The notes under the pieces were generated by a model. That model was not told where the DNA came from. It saw only the letters and a list, made by a program, of their open reading frames with translations, and did not search any database. The translations under genes were made by a program, and so were the position numbers. From the human T2T-CHM13v2.0 reference genome, Homo sapiens, in the NCBI RefSeq assembly GCF_009914755.1, contig NC_060929.1: a stretch of DNA of 64,000 nucleotides; one strand, given 5' to 3'. How positions within the stretch are numbered: position 1 is the first letter of the stretch; the number at the start of each line of letters is the position of its first letter. Positions 46,554 through 64,000 of the stretch are shown in pieces.

Positions 46554-49500
46554 CTTTGTGGTTTTATCTACTTTTGGTCTTTGATGATGGTGATGTACAG
46601 ATGGGTTTTTGGTGTGGATGTCCTTTCTGTTTGTTAGTTTTCCTTCTAACAGACAGAACCCTCAGCTGCAGGTCTGTTGGAGTTTGCTAGAGGTCCACAC
46701 CAGACCCTGTTTGCCTGGGTATCAGCAGTGGTGGCTGCAGAACAGCGGATTTTCGTGAACCGCGAATGCTGCTATCTAATCGTTCCTCTGGAAGTTTTGT
46801 CTCAGAGGAGTACCCGGCCGTGTGAGGTGTCAGTCTGCCCCTACTGGGGGGTGCCTCCCAGTTAGGCTGCTTGGGGGTCAGGGATCAGGCACCCACTTGA
46901 GGAGGCAGTCTGCCCGTTCTCAGATCTCCAGCTGCGTGCTGGGAGAACCACTGGTCTCTTCAGAGCTGTCAGACCGGGACATTTAAGTCTGCAGAGCTTA
47001 CTCCTGTCTTTTTGTTTGTCTGTGCCCTGCCCCCAGAGGTGGAGGCTGCAGAGGCAGGCAGGCCTCCTTGAGCTGTGGTGGGCTCCATCCAGTTGGAGCT
47101 TCCCGGCTGCTTTGTTTACCTAAGCAAGCCTGGGCAATGGCGGGCGCCCCTCCCCCAGCCTCGCTGCCACCTTGCAGTTTGATCTCACACTGCGACTAAT
47201 TTCCATTTTCACCAACAATGTAAAAGCATTTCTTTTTCTCCACAACCTTGCCAGCATCGGCTGTTTTTTGACTTTTTAATTATAGCCATTCTGACTGATG
47301 ACACATGGTATCTCATTGTGGTTTTGATTTGCATTTGTCTAACCATCAGTGATGTTGAGCTTTTTTTTTTTTCATATGTTTATTGGCTGCATGTATGTCT
47401 TCTTTTGAGAGGTTTCTGTTCATGTCCTTTGCATACTTTTTAATGGCATTGTTTTTTTCTTGAAAATTTGTTTAAGTTTCTTATAGATGCTAGATATTAG
47501 ATGTTTGTCAGATGCATAGATTGTAAAACATTTCTCCCATTTTGTAGGTTGTCTGTTTACTCTGTTGATAGTTTCTGTTGCAGTGCAGGAGCTCTTTAGT
47601 TTAATTAGATCCCATTTGTCAATTTTTGCTTCTGTCGCGATTGCTTTTGGCATGTTCATCATGAAATCTTTGCCTGTGCCTATATCCTGAATCATGTTGC
47701 CTAGGTTTTCTTCTAGGATTTTTATAGTTTTGGGTTTTACATTTAAGTCTTCAATCCATCTTGTGTTGATTTTTGTACATGGTGTAAGGAACAGGTCCAG
47801 TTTCAGTTTTCTGCATATGGCTAGCCAGTTCTCCTAGCGCTATTTATTAAATAGGGAATTCTTTACCCATTGCTTGTTTTTGTCAAGTTTGTTGAAGATC
47901 AGATGGTTGTAGGAGTGTGGCCTTATTTCTAGGTTCTCTATTCTGTTCCATTGGTCTACGTGTCTGTTCTTGTACCAGTACGATGCTATTTTGGTTACTG
48001 TTACCCTGTAGTATAGTGTGAGTTGGGTAGTGTGATGCATCCAGCTTTGTTCTTTTTGCTTAGGATTGCCTTGGCTATTCATGCTCTTTTTTGGTTCCAT
48101 ATGAGTAGTTTTAAATGGCTTTAAATAATGTTAAAATAGAAATAGTTTTAAAATAGTTTTTTCTACTTCTGAGAAGAATATCATTAGTAGTTTGATAGGA
48201 ATAGCATTGAATCTGTAAATTGCTTTGGGCAGTATGGCCATTTTCTTGATACTGACTCTTCCTATCCATGAGCATGGAATGTTTTTCCATTTGTTTGTGT
48301 CATTTCTGATTTCTTTGAGCAGTTTTTTTTTGTAGTTTTCATTGTAGAGATCTTTCACCTCACTGGTTAGCTGTATTTCTAGGTATTTGATTCTTTTTGT
48401 GGATATTGTGAATGGGATTGCATCTTGGCTTGGCTGTTTTTTGTGTATAGGAATGCTAGTGATTTTTGTATGTTGGTTTTGTATCCTGAGGCTTTGCTGA
48501 AGTTGTTTATTAGGTTAAGGAGCTTTTGGGCTGAGACTATGAGGTTTTCTAGATATAGAATCATGTTGTCTGCAAACAGGGATAAATTGACTTCTTCTCT
48601 TCCTATTTGGATGCCCGTTATTTCTTTCTCTTGCCTGATTCCTCTGGCCAGGACTTCCAATACTATGTTGAATAGGAGTAATGAGAAATGGCATTCTTGT
48701 CCTGTTTCTGGTTTCAAGATCAATGCATCCAGTTTTCACCCATTCCTTATGATGTTGGCTGTGGGTTTGTCATAGATGGCTCTTATTATTTTGAGGTATG
48801 TTTCTTTAATACCTAGTTTATTAAGAGTTTTTAACATGAAGGGATGTTGAATTTTATCAAAAGCCTTTTTTGCATCTATTGAGATAATCATGTGGTTTTG
48901 TGTTTAGTTCTGTTTATGTCATGAATAACATTTATTGATTTGCATTTGGTAAATCAACCTGGCATCTAGGGGATGAGGCCTGCTTGATTGTGGTGGATAA
49001 GCTTTTTGATATACTCCTGGTTTCGGTTTACCAATATTTTGTTGTGGATTTTTGCATTGATGTTCATCAAGGATATTGGCCTGAAGTTTTCTTTTTTTTG
49101 TTGTGTCTGTGCCAGATTTTGGTGTCAAGATGATGCTGGCCTCATACAATGAGTTAAGGAAGAGTCCCTCCTCCTCAATTGTTTTTGAGTATGTTTAGTA
49201 GGAATGGTACTAACTCTTCTTGTACATCTGGAAAAATTCAGCTGTGAATCCTTCTGGTCCTGGGCTTGGTTTGTCTGGTAGGCTATTTATTACTGGTTTA
49301 TTTCAGAGCTTGTTATTGGTCTGTTTAGGGATTCAATTTCTTCCTGGTTTAGTCTTGGTAGGTTGTATGTGTCCAGGAATTTATCCATTTCTTCTAGATT
49401 TTCTAGTTTTTTTGCATGGAAGTATTCATAATATTCTCTGAGGGTTCTTTGTATTTCTGTGGAGTCAGTGATAATAACCCCTTTGTTGTTTCTAATTGTA

Positions 49501-52500
49501 TTTATTTGGGTCTTAGCTCTTTTCTTCTTTATTAGTCTAGCTAGTGGTCTATTAATTTTTTTCAAAAAACCAACTCTTAGATTCATTGATCTTTTGAATG
49601 GTTTTTTTGTGTGCCTCAATCTCCTTCTTTTCAGCACCGATTTTGGTTATTTTTTGTCTTTTGCTAGCTTTGGGGTTGCTTTGCTTTTGCTTCTCTAGTT
49701 CTTTTAGTTGTAATGTTAGGTTAAGTTGAGATCTTTCTAACTAACTTTTTAATGTGGGTGTTTAGCGCTATAAATTTCCTTCTTAACACTGCCTTAGCTG
49801 TGTCCCAGAGATTCTGGTATGTTGTATCTCGTTAGTTTCAAAGAACTTCTTGATTTCTGCCTTAATATTATTATTTATCCAAAAGTCATTCATGAACAGA
49901 TTATTCAGTTTCCATATAATTGTATGGCTTTTTGAGTGGTTTTCTTGGTCTTGATTCCTAATTTTATTCAGTGGTCCAAGAGAGTGGTGGTTATGATTTC
50001 AGTTATTTTGCTTTTGCTGAGGAGTGTTCTATATCCAATTACGTGGTCAATTTTGGAGTATGTGCCATGTGGTGATGAGAAGAATGTATGTTCTGTTGTT
50101 TTGGGTGGAGAGTTCTATAGTACTGTCAGTGAGTTGTTGAAGTCTTCCATTACTAATATGTGGGAGTCCAAGTCTCTTTGAAGGTCTCTAAGAACTTGCT
50201 TTGTGAATCTGGGTGCCCCTGTGTTGGGTGCATATGTATTTAGGATAGCTAGGTCTTCTTGTTGAAATAAACCTGTTACTGTTATGTAATGTACTTCCTT
50301 GTCTTTTTTGATCTTTGTTGTTTTAAAATCCATTTTGTCTGAAATTAGGATTGCAACTCCTGCTTTTTTCTGTTTTCCATTTGCTTGGTAGATTTTTCTC
50401 CATCCCTTTATCTTGAACCTGTGGCTGTCATGAGTCTCTTGAAGACAACATACGATTTGGTCTTGGTTCTTTATCCAGCTTGCCACTCTGTGCCTTTTAA
50501 TTGGGGCATTTTGCCTGTTTACATTCAAGGTTAGTATTTACATTCAAGATTAGTATCAAAGTTAGGATTTGATCCTGTCATCATGATGTTAGCTGGCCAT
50601 TATGCAGACTTGTTTGTGTGGTTGCTTTACAGTGTCAGTGGTCTTTGTACTTAAGTGTGTTTTTGTAGTGGCTGTTAATGGTCTTTCCTTTCCATATTTA
50701 GTACTTCTTCAGGACTGCTTATAAGGCAGGGCTGGTGGTAATGAATTCCCTCAGTATTTGCTTGTTTGAAAAGGATCTTATTTCTCCTTCACTAATGAGG
50801 CCTAGTTTGGCTGGATATGAAATTCTGGGTTGGAATTTCTTTTCTCTAAGAATGTTGAATATTGGCTCCCAGTCTCTTCTGGCTTGTAGGGTTTCTGCTG
50901 AGAGGTCCACTCTTAGTTTAATGGGCTTCCCTTTGTAGGTGACCTGATTTTTCTCTCTAGTTGCCTTTAACATTTTTTATTTAATTTCAACCTTGGAGAA
51001 TCTGATTATTATGTATCTTGGAATGATCTTCTCATGAAGTATCTTACTGGGGGTCTCTGCATTTCCTGAATGTGAATGTTGGCCTCTCTAGCTAGTTTGG
51101 CAAAGTTCTCATGGATGATATCCTGAAATATGTTTTCCAAGTTGTTTCCATTCTCCCCATCTCTTTCAGGGACGCCAATTAGTCGTAGATTTGGTCTCTT
51201 TACATAATCTCGTATTTCTCAGTGGTTTTAGATGCTCCTTTTCATTCTTTTTTCTCTATTCTTGCCTGACTGGCTTATTTCACAAAGCCAGTCTTCAAGC
51301 TCTGAGATTCTTTCTTCATTTTGGTCTATTCTGCTATTAATACTTGTGATTACATTATGAAATTCTTGTAGTATTTTGTCTGTCAGTTCCTGTATCATTT
51401 TGTTGTGATTCTTAGTTTATTTGGATTGGATTTCAGTGTATTTCTGCACCTCAGTGATCTTTGTTCCTATCTATATTCTGAATTCTATTTCTGTCATTTC
51501 AGCCGTCTCAGCCTGGTTCAGAATCCTTGCTGGAAAGATAGTTCAGTCGTTTGGAGGAAAGAAGGCACTCTGGCTTTTTGAGTTGTCAGAGTTCTTGCAC
51601 TGGGTCTTTCTCATTTTTGTGGGCTGATGTTCCTTCAGTCTTTGAAGTTGCTGTCCTTGGGATTTCTTTTTCTTTTATCCTATTTGATGACTTGAGGATT
51701 TGATTTTGGTGTAATGTGGGTTCAGTCAACTAGCTTCATTTCTGGAAGATTATAGGGGGCTAAGGCTCCGCTCCCACTCCCGACTCCCGGACTGCATGCT
51801 CTAACTCTGGGGAACTTGTATCACAACCTGATTTTGTTTTCTGGCTCCTTGAGATTAGGAACCCATTGTGCTGGGGTGGGGGCTGAGATGCCCCCAGACT
51901 TCTGATCATTACACTTGGATGGGTGGTGTCAGCAAAAGCATTTTGTAGGGTGGTGGCAGCAGGATCCATCCTTGTTCACATGTGCTAACAGCAACAGTAG
52001 CAGCAGTGCAGGGGGCTGGAGGGGTGAAAGGTTGCATGCTCACTGGCTGCAGTGCTAGCAGGTACTGGGGTGCCTGCCTCTGCACAGGCATTCCCAGCAG
52101 CAGTGGAGGAAGCAGAGCTCAGGGGCATGAGGGCCCACACTGGTGTGTATGTGGTCATGCTGGTGGTGGTATTAGCATGGGGTTAGGAAGCTGGCAAGCA
52201 CAGGTCTGTGTGTGCCCTCTGTGCATGTTCATGCAGCCAGGGGTTGGCTGCTCAGGGTTGGGGAGGGTCCAGTGTTCTCCATCTCTATTTTCACTCTGGC
52301 AGCAGTGTTGGCACTGGGATGGGGTGCTGGTGGGGGTGGGGCTGATGGGCTCTGTGCCCACCAAGGCACTGACTGCAATGGTGGTATAGTGGGGGTGAGG
52401 AGGTGGTGTGCGCTCTTACCAGTAACAGTGTTAGGACAGGTAACAGGCAAACACTGGTTGGGCAGGGAAGGCAAAATCCACTCATGTAGACACACACCAG

Positions 52501-53251
52501 CAGAGTGATGTAGGTGGTTGCCGTGGGCCTGGGGGAAGCTGCAGTGAGGGGAGGGAGTGGGCAGGCTGGTGCATGGCCACAGGGGGCTGCCCCACTGGAG
52601 CTCTCCACTGGTCAGGCATGGTCTGCCAGTGTAGGAGCTATGATATAGGCCCCCAGGGTTGCCGAGGCTGCACTGCAAGCAGACCTAGCCAGGCTGGGAC
52701 CCTGGAAGAGGCCAGCTGACTTAGGGGTACTCAGGTCAGACCAGCCCCATCTGATGGGCAAGACTGCCCCTACAGTGTTCATGTCAAACAGTTTCCCTAC
52801 AGCCAAAGTCTTCTACGGAAGCAAGTCAATCCTAGGGGTATGGGCATCCCTGCTGGTGCTCTACCACAGATGCTCCCACACCAAACTCTATTGGCTGGCA
52901 CGCTGCCCCTACTACTTTTCTGAGCAGCTCTCCCTGCCAACTAAGTGTCCATGGTGGTTGAAGGGTCTCTTCCTCCTGGGATTCTAAAGGCCCGTGGCGA
53001 GAGTGGGTTGCTCCTTGCTATTTCACTTCACCTGCTCCCCAGGAGTCACTGGGGGCCAGAAATGAGTCCAGTGTGCTCTAACCCCACACAAGTTCCCAGC
53101 TTCCTCCCCCTTCAGCCCAGCTTCTGTGTCTTCTGTCTACTCGCAGTGTCTTCCCTCTGAAGATCTGCTAGGAGCGTGCCAGTCATCCTGGTTCCTTGGT
53201 GGCAGCTGTTCCACCCGGCTGCATGTAGTCAGCTGTCTTGCCCAAATCTCC

Positions 53252-53533
53252 CCCAACACTGTGAAGCCTAGGCGGGAAGATCGCTTGAGCCCAGGAGTTC
53301 ATGACCAGCTGGGCGACAAAGTGAGACCACCCCCCGCCCCAGCTCTACAAAATAAAAGTATAAAAACCAGCCAGGCATGGTGGCTTGTGCTTGTAGTCAC
53401 AGTACTTGGGAGGCTGAGGCAGGAAGATTGCTTGAGCCTGGGAGGTTGAGGCTGGAGTGAGCCATGATTATGTCACTGCACTCCAACCTGGGTGACAGAA
53501 GGACACCCTGTCTCACAAAGGGAAAAAAAAAAG
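53252..53533 (+). mobile_element. AluJ body and tail (remainder of the Alu begun at 39035)
   Basis: J diagnostics gatcgcttgagcccaggagttc and gccatgattatgtcactg; begins at the cccagcactttg position of the consensus. Confidence 0.9.
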
Positions 53534-53689
53534 ACTTTATGGAAGACAGAGTTTTCTGTTGATAATTTGTCAGACAGTCAGAGAAGAAAAACTAGATTTA
53601 GTCAGCATAGCCACAGAAGACAACCAGGACCCATGAGTAGTTGTTAGAAGTGAGTCTTGGACCCAGCTTAAAAAGTTGTTGCCAGTTAG

Positions 53690-53854
53690 AGCCTAGGCGG
53701 GAAGATCGCTTGAGCCCAGGAGTTCATGACCAGCTGGGCAACAAACTGAGACCACCACCCCCGGCTCTACAAAATAAAAGTATAAAAACCAGCCAGGCGT
53801 GGTGGCTTGTGCCTGTAGTCCCAGTACTTGGGAGGCTGAGGCAGGAGGATTGCT
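53690..53854 (+). repeat. Local partial copy of the neighbouring AluJ (53265-53432)
   Basis: Shares private variants (gcctaggcgggaag, ttcatgaccagctggg, caaaataaaagtataaaaaccagcc, cagtacttggg). No head, no tail. Confidence 0.92.
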
Positions 53855-54097
53855 CCAGAAATTGACTGATATTCCTTATAATGTAATGCATTTTGAATTT
53901 CCAGAGGCTCCATGACCATCTGCTGAGAAAAGAGGTATACAGACAATTTTTCCAATTGGGAGTTTGTATTGTGTGATCCCAGACAGGGCCTTCAAAACTC
54001 TGGGATTTTGTGCTTGCGTTTTCCATCTTGGTGAATATTTGAGTCTTGATATTCTCCAAATCATAGTGTAAGGCACACCTAAGAATAAGAGGCCTAC

Positions 54098-54151
54098 GAG
54101 ATTGTGCCATTGCACTCCAGCCTAGGCAACAAGAGCAAAACTCTGTCTCAA

Positions 54152-54183
<32 letters not shown>
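54098..54183 (+). mobile_element. 5'-truncated AluSp/Sq-type 3' end with (TAA)n tail
   Basis: gagattgtgccattgcactccagcctaggcaacaagagcaaaactctgtctc followed by (TAA)n. Confidence 0.88.
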
Positions 54184-55379
54184 GCCTATATAAGGTAGTT
54201 AATTATCAATCTCAGCTTCCTAAAGAACGATATTCTTTGCTTAGGATGATTATAACAGCAGTTAAAGGACAAGTTGCAGTTTTAGATTCCCGACATTATG
54301 CCTGAAGTGTTCTTCAGTTAGGTTGACATTGTTTTCAAAGTGTGAGGATATTTGTCATAATGGACTGTCCAAGTGTTGATGTTTGATGCAAATTTTAGGT
54401 CACCTTTGTCTCTTTTTCCTCATTGGAATATACTTTTGTTTCTGGTTAAGGTGAAGTTAATAATTGAAGAGCACTTTTTGATATAAAATTTGGGAGGTCT
54501 TCATCTCAATCAACTAAAGACATTGTGCCTCTTTGTTTTATTAGGTCCTTTAAAAGACAAAATGAATTAATTTTGAGTGCATCTCTCCCTCTCCTGTGGG
54601 ATCTTAATTATTAATATCCAGCCATTTATTACTTTAAAGAGGTGTTGCAATGGAATATGTTGGAGGTCAGAAAGACTGGATGGGGCTTGTTTTGTAGCAT
54701 ATATTCACTCATTCTGCATTATAAATAATGAATTCTAAAAGTTTCAAAACATTACACCTCCAATATAATGTTCCTTTAAAGGGAATCCTAAATGAGGAGA
54801 CATAAACACATAGCAGATGAATATTTGGTGAAGTCTCCTCATACTACAGCAAGACAAAATCACCTGTAGTCAAAATCCCATATTCTCATTCCGTTCATTA
54901 TATTGTATCTACACTATCACCTGTTAGATCTAGCAGAATTTTTTTTTTTTTTAATTTCAGAAACAGATTACTTTTTCTTTACTTGAGCACTGGAAGGCTA
55001 TATGTCTTTCTACCTTAGAATCCCACTCAGGGTAGTGAAAAGCACAGGGAAGGAAGACCAATTTAGGGAGCATCAGATTCACAATACCATCTCTTTTCTT
55101 CTCCAGAGCAACAAGTTAAGACTGTCATATGGAACTGTCTGCATGCTCTGGGCTCACACTGAAGTTTGTGTGATGTGAATCCACTGGACTCTATAACTTT
55201 TAAGGTTCTTTATCTCACTTTGTTTACTGGTATATATATGCATACACATCTATATGCATGTGTTTACTTATATTTTCAAATATCGACATTCAAGATTTTA
55301 TCTTATTAATAAAGTATATATTGATCAGTTAATTGAATGATAAAGTATTATGCATTTGCCTGTTTTGCCTTTTCCCTAA

Positions 55380-55570
55380 GGGTCATAGAGCTGTAAATGA
55401 CCCTGGAAATCATTTACTTCAATCTCTTTATTTTACAGAAGACAGAAGTGTGAACCAGACAAGCTAAGTAATTTGTCCCAGGTCACAATGCTAGCTTTTG
55501 CTTGAACTGAATCTAGATTTTGTGCCTCCTGGTTCCTGGCCCAGTGCCCTTTTTACTGTACTAAACTGTC
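55380..55570 (-). mobile_element. MIR SINE
   Basis: tttattttacagaagacagaagtg..taagtaatttgtcccaggtcaca. Confidence 0.7.
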
Positions 55571-55908
55571 TTATCACTCATGAAATGATAGGTCTTTCTT
55601 CTATTTGGATATCTATACGTATTGCTTAACATTAAAAACAAACAAAACTTTTAAAACAAACAAATAAAAAACTAAATTCATTTAGGCCAAATGAAGTACA
55701 GGACTTTTGGGTAAACTGCTACCACTGTTTATAAGATCTTCCAAAAGTTTCATTTAGAGTTTAGTAGTTGGTAACTTGATGGGATATAAGGAAGTGGCAA
55801 ATTTTCCTTATTGAGGTTGGTAGCAGAGTTTCGTTTGTCCTAGGAACAGAATATTCCCAGTCTGTTCACATGTGTTCAGAATGATCATTTAAAAATAAGC
55901 AAATTTAG

Positions 55909-62061
<6,153 letters not shown>

Positions 62062-62150
62062 AAGCAAGTTTAGTCATGCTACTCCTCTGCCTAAACTCCT
62101 TTAGCAACTCCCTTTTGCCTTCAGGATAAAATCTAAGCTCCTTAACATGG

Positions 62151-62567
62151 TATATTGGTCTGTTCTCCCATTGCTAGAAAGAAATACTTGAGGCTGCATA
62201 ATCTATAAAGAAAAGAGGTTTATTTGGCTCATGGTTCTGCAGGCTATACAGGAAGCATGATGCTGGCATCTGGTTGGCTTGTGGGGATGCCTCAGGAAAC
62301 TTACAGTCTTGGTAGAAGGCAAAGGGGGAGTGAGATATCTCACATGGCAGGAGCAGGAGTAAGAGAAGGGGGAGGGAGGTGCCACACACTTAAATCTCAT
62401 GAGAACTCACCCACTATCATGAGGACAGTACCAAAGGGACTGGTGCTAAACCATTCATAAGAAGCCACCTCTGTGATCTAGTCACCTCCCACCAAGTCCC
62501 ACCTCCAACATTGTGAATTAGAATTTGACATGAGATTTGGGTGGGGACACAGATCCAAACCATATCC
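62151..62567 (-). mobile_element. MSTA-like MaLR solo LTR
   Basis: aaagaaaagaggtttatttggctcatggttctgcaggct..gagatttgggtggggacacagatccaaaccatatc. Perfect TSD catgg (62146-62150, 62568-62572). Confidence 0.92.
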
Positions 62568-62629
62568 CATGGCTTATACAGCCTTGATATCTGGGGCCTG
62601 TTCATATCATTTCCCCACCATGCCTTTGG

Positions 62630-63074
62630 TTTCTCACATTTCCTATAGGTAAGAAGTCTGGCACAGCGTGGCTGGATTCTCTTCTCAGGGTTTCACCAGG
62701 CTAAAATCAGAGTATTGCCTTGGTATGTGCTCAGGGTCCTCTTTCAAGCTCATTGGTTGTTGGCAGGACTCAGATCCCTGTTTCCTTGACATGTGGCCCC
62801 CTTCATCTTTAAGTCGATAGTGACATGTGAAACACTTATCATATCTCAAATTTCTCTGAGTTCCTCTTCCCTCACATTTCTGTGACTTTCTTGTCGGCAC
62901 TGTAGCTCATGCAACTGCTTCAGCCCCACCTGCAATCCAAGATAATCTCCCTATTTTAAGGTCAGCTGACTAGTAACCATAATTACACCTGCCAAGTTCC
63001 TTTGACCATATAAGGTATTCATGGACATCACACTAGGGGGCAGAGGTCACAAGGATAAAAATTCGGCTTACCAC
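62630..63074 (-). mobile_element. MLT1 (D/E-like) MaLR LTR
   Basis: tcaagctcattggttgttggcagga..gataatctccctattttaaggtcagctga..ttaccaca. Confidence 0.75.
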
Positions 63075-63837
63075 AGTGCAGTACCCTCTGACTGAAATAC
63101 TCTTTCTTGCCCTCACCTCCTGCTCCTGCAACTGCTAACTTCTACTTTATCTGTTAGGTCTCTGATTTATTTTTGCCCCTCTTTTCTCCCTCATTGTCAA
63201 GTTTGGGTTAGGACCTTCTCAGTGCTCACGTATTACTCTGTATTTCCCCATTGTAGCACTTGTCGCTCTGTGTGCTGATCTGTATCCTTTCTGGGGACTG
63301 CCAAGTCTTTTAGAAGCTATGTTTATCTGGGCACATTTGTGTTTTCTCTGCTTAACTGAGTGTCTGCCATACATACAGTTGATATCCAATAAAAAAACCG
63401 TTGAATCAATGAATTCTTTGTATCCATGAAAGATGGAAGCATGATAACTAATATAAAATTCCAAGACTGTTACCCAGAGGAAGAACTGAGAAGCCAGTTT
63501 TCACTCAATATATACAGATTATTATTATTATTTAAATGAACTGGCCTGCTTTTGTAAGGTGGTGTACTCATTACTGGATTTTTTTAGGTGTAAGCCCAGG
63601 GATTGGGTGTCAGGGATATTATTTGGAGGGCAAAGTACATGAGCTCTGTTTTGTGACTCATTCTTCATAAGGGTTGCTACAAGAGCAATGGAGATGAGCT
63701 CACTTGCATTACCATACCTGTGGCTCCCAGGAGGGACTCACATGCTGTCATTACCAGCAGTGCCCCTGTCTTTCGCTATGGAATTACCCTAGGAAAGTTG
63801 GTAATGGCCCAGAACCATTGTGTAATTAGCCAGCATG

Positions 63838-63888
63838 GCATGTGTGTGTGGGTACACAGGTACACACACACGCGCGCGCACACACACC
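63838..63888. repeat. Alternating purine-pyrimidine tract (TG)n..(CA)n(CG)n(CA)n
   Basis: tgtgtgtgtg..tacacacacacgcgcgcgcacacacac. Confidence 0.9.
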
Positions 63889-64000
63889 TATTATAGAGGT
63901 TACTCTATTAATGACAGCTATGTAGGGGAGAAAGTTTTTAATGGACCAAATGTCTTTGTTCATATAGACCACACTTTTTGAGGTAATTGACTTCCTAGTA

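Larger units (their letters stand above)
62074..63415 (+). mobile_element. L2 element interrupted by MSTA and MLT1 (left part at ~55860-55908)
   Basis: tcatgctactcctctgcctaaactcc..ggataaaatctaagctccttaacatgg|cttata..; 3' end caataaaaaaaccgttgaatcaatgaat. Confidence 0.7.

Noticed and set aside
51760-53250. Dense overlapping ORFs in a GC-richer stretch suggesting a gene or CpG island
   Set aside because: This is the long 5' UTR of the old L1PA; it is contiguous with ORF1 and ends at the L1 5' terminus and TSD.
53126-53865. Two ORFs sharing PRREDRLSPGVHDQLG..., resembling paralogous genes
   Set aside because: Both are translations of the duplicated AluJ fragment.

Overview
Primate (hominoid, human-like) intronic or intergenic DNA, AT-rich and mostly made of interspersed repeats. 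No intact host protein-coding gene, RNA gene or CRISPR array can be supported. Almost every entry in the ORF track is a broken LINE-1 ORF1/ORF2 fragment, an Alu/LTR frame or an antisense shadow. The window holds five long L1 copies, all dead: L1MA-type 9.6-15.1 kb (-), L1PA7-like 18.2-24.7 kb (-), L1PA11-13-like 40.8-53.25 kb (-, interrupted), L1PA3-like 41.4-47.2 kb (-) and L1PA6-like 55.9-62.1 kb (+). It also holds about 10 Alu pieces, solo LTRs (THE1, MST, MLT1, LTR8, HERV-K LTR5), DNA transposon fossils and many MIR/L2 remnants. Most notable: (1) an AluJ split by a 14.2 kb nested stack of L1s and an LTR5, traceable by target-site duplications (TSDs); (2) an L1 with two tandem 3' ends from different subfamilies; (3) an L1PA3 retaining the 129-bp segment linked to ZNF93 repression; (4) strong minus-strand splice-site pairs at 6.6-9.2 kb that join into an in-frame ~45-codon ORF; (5) a unique GC-rich, E-box-rich island at 33.1-33.4 kb; (6) an inverted AluY pair. 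I found no evidence of a new multi-gene system. All subfamily calls are by eye from remembered consensus sequences and need RepeatMasker/Dfam confirmation.
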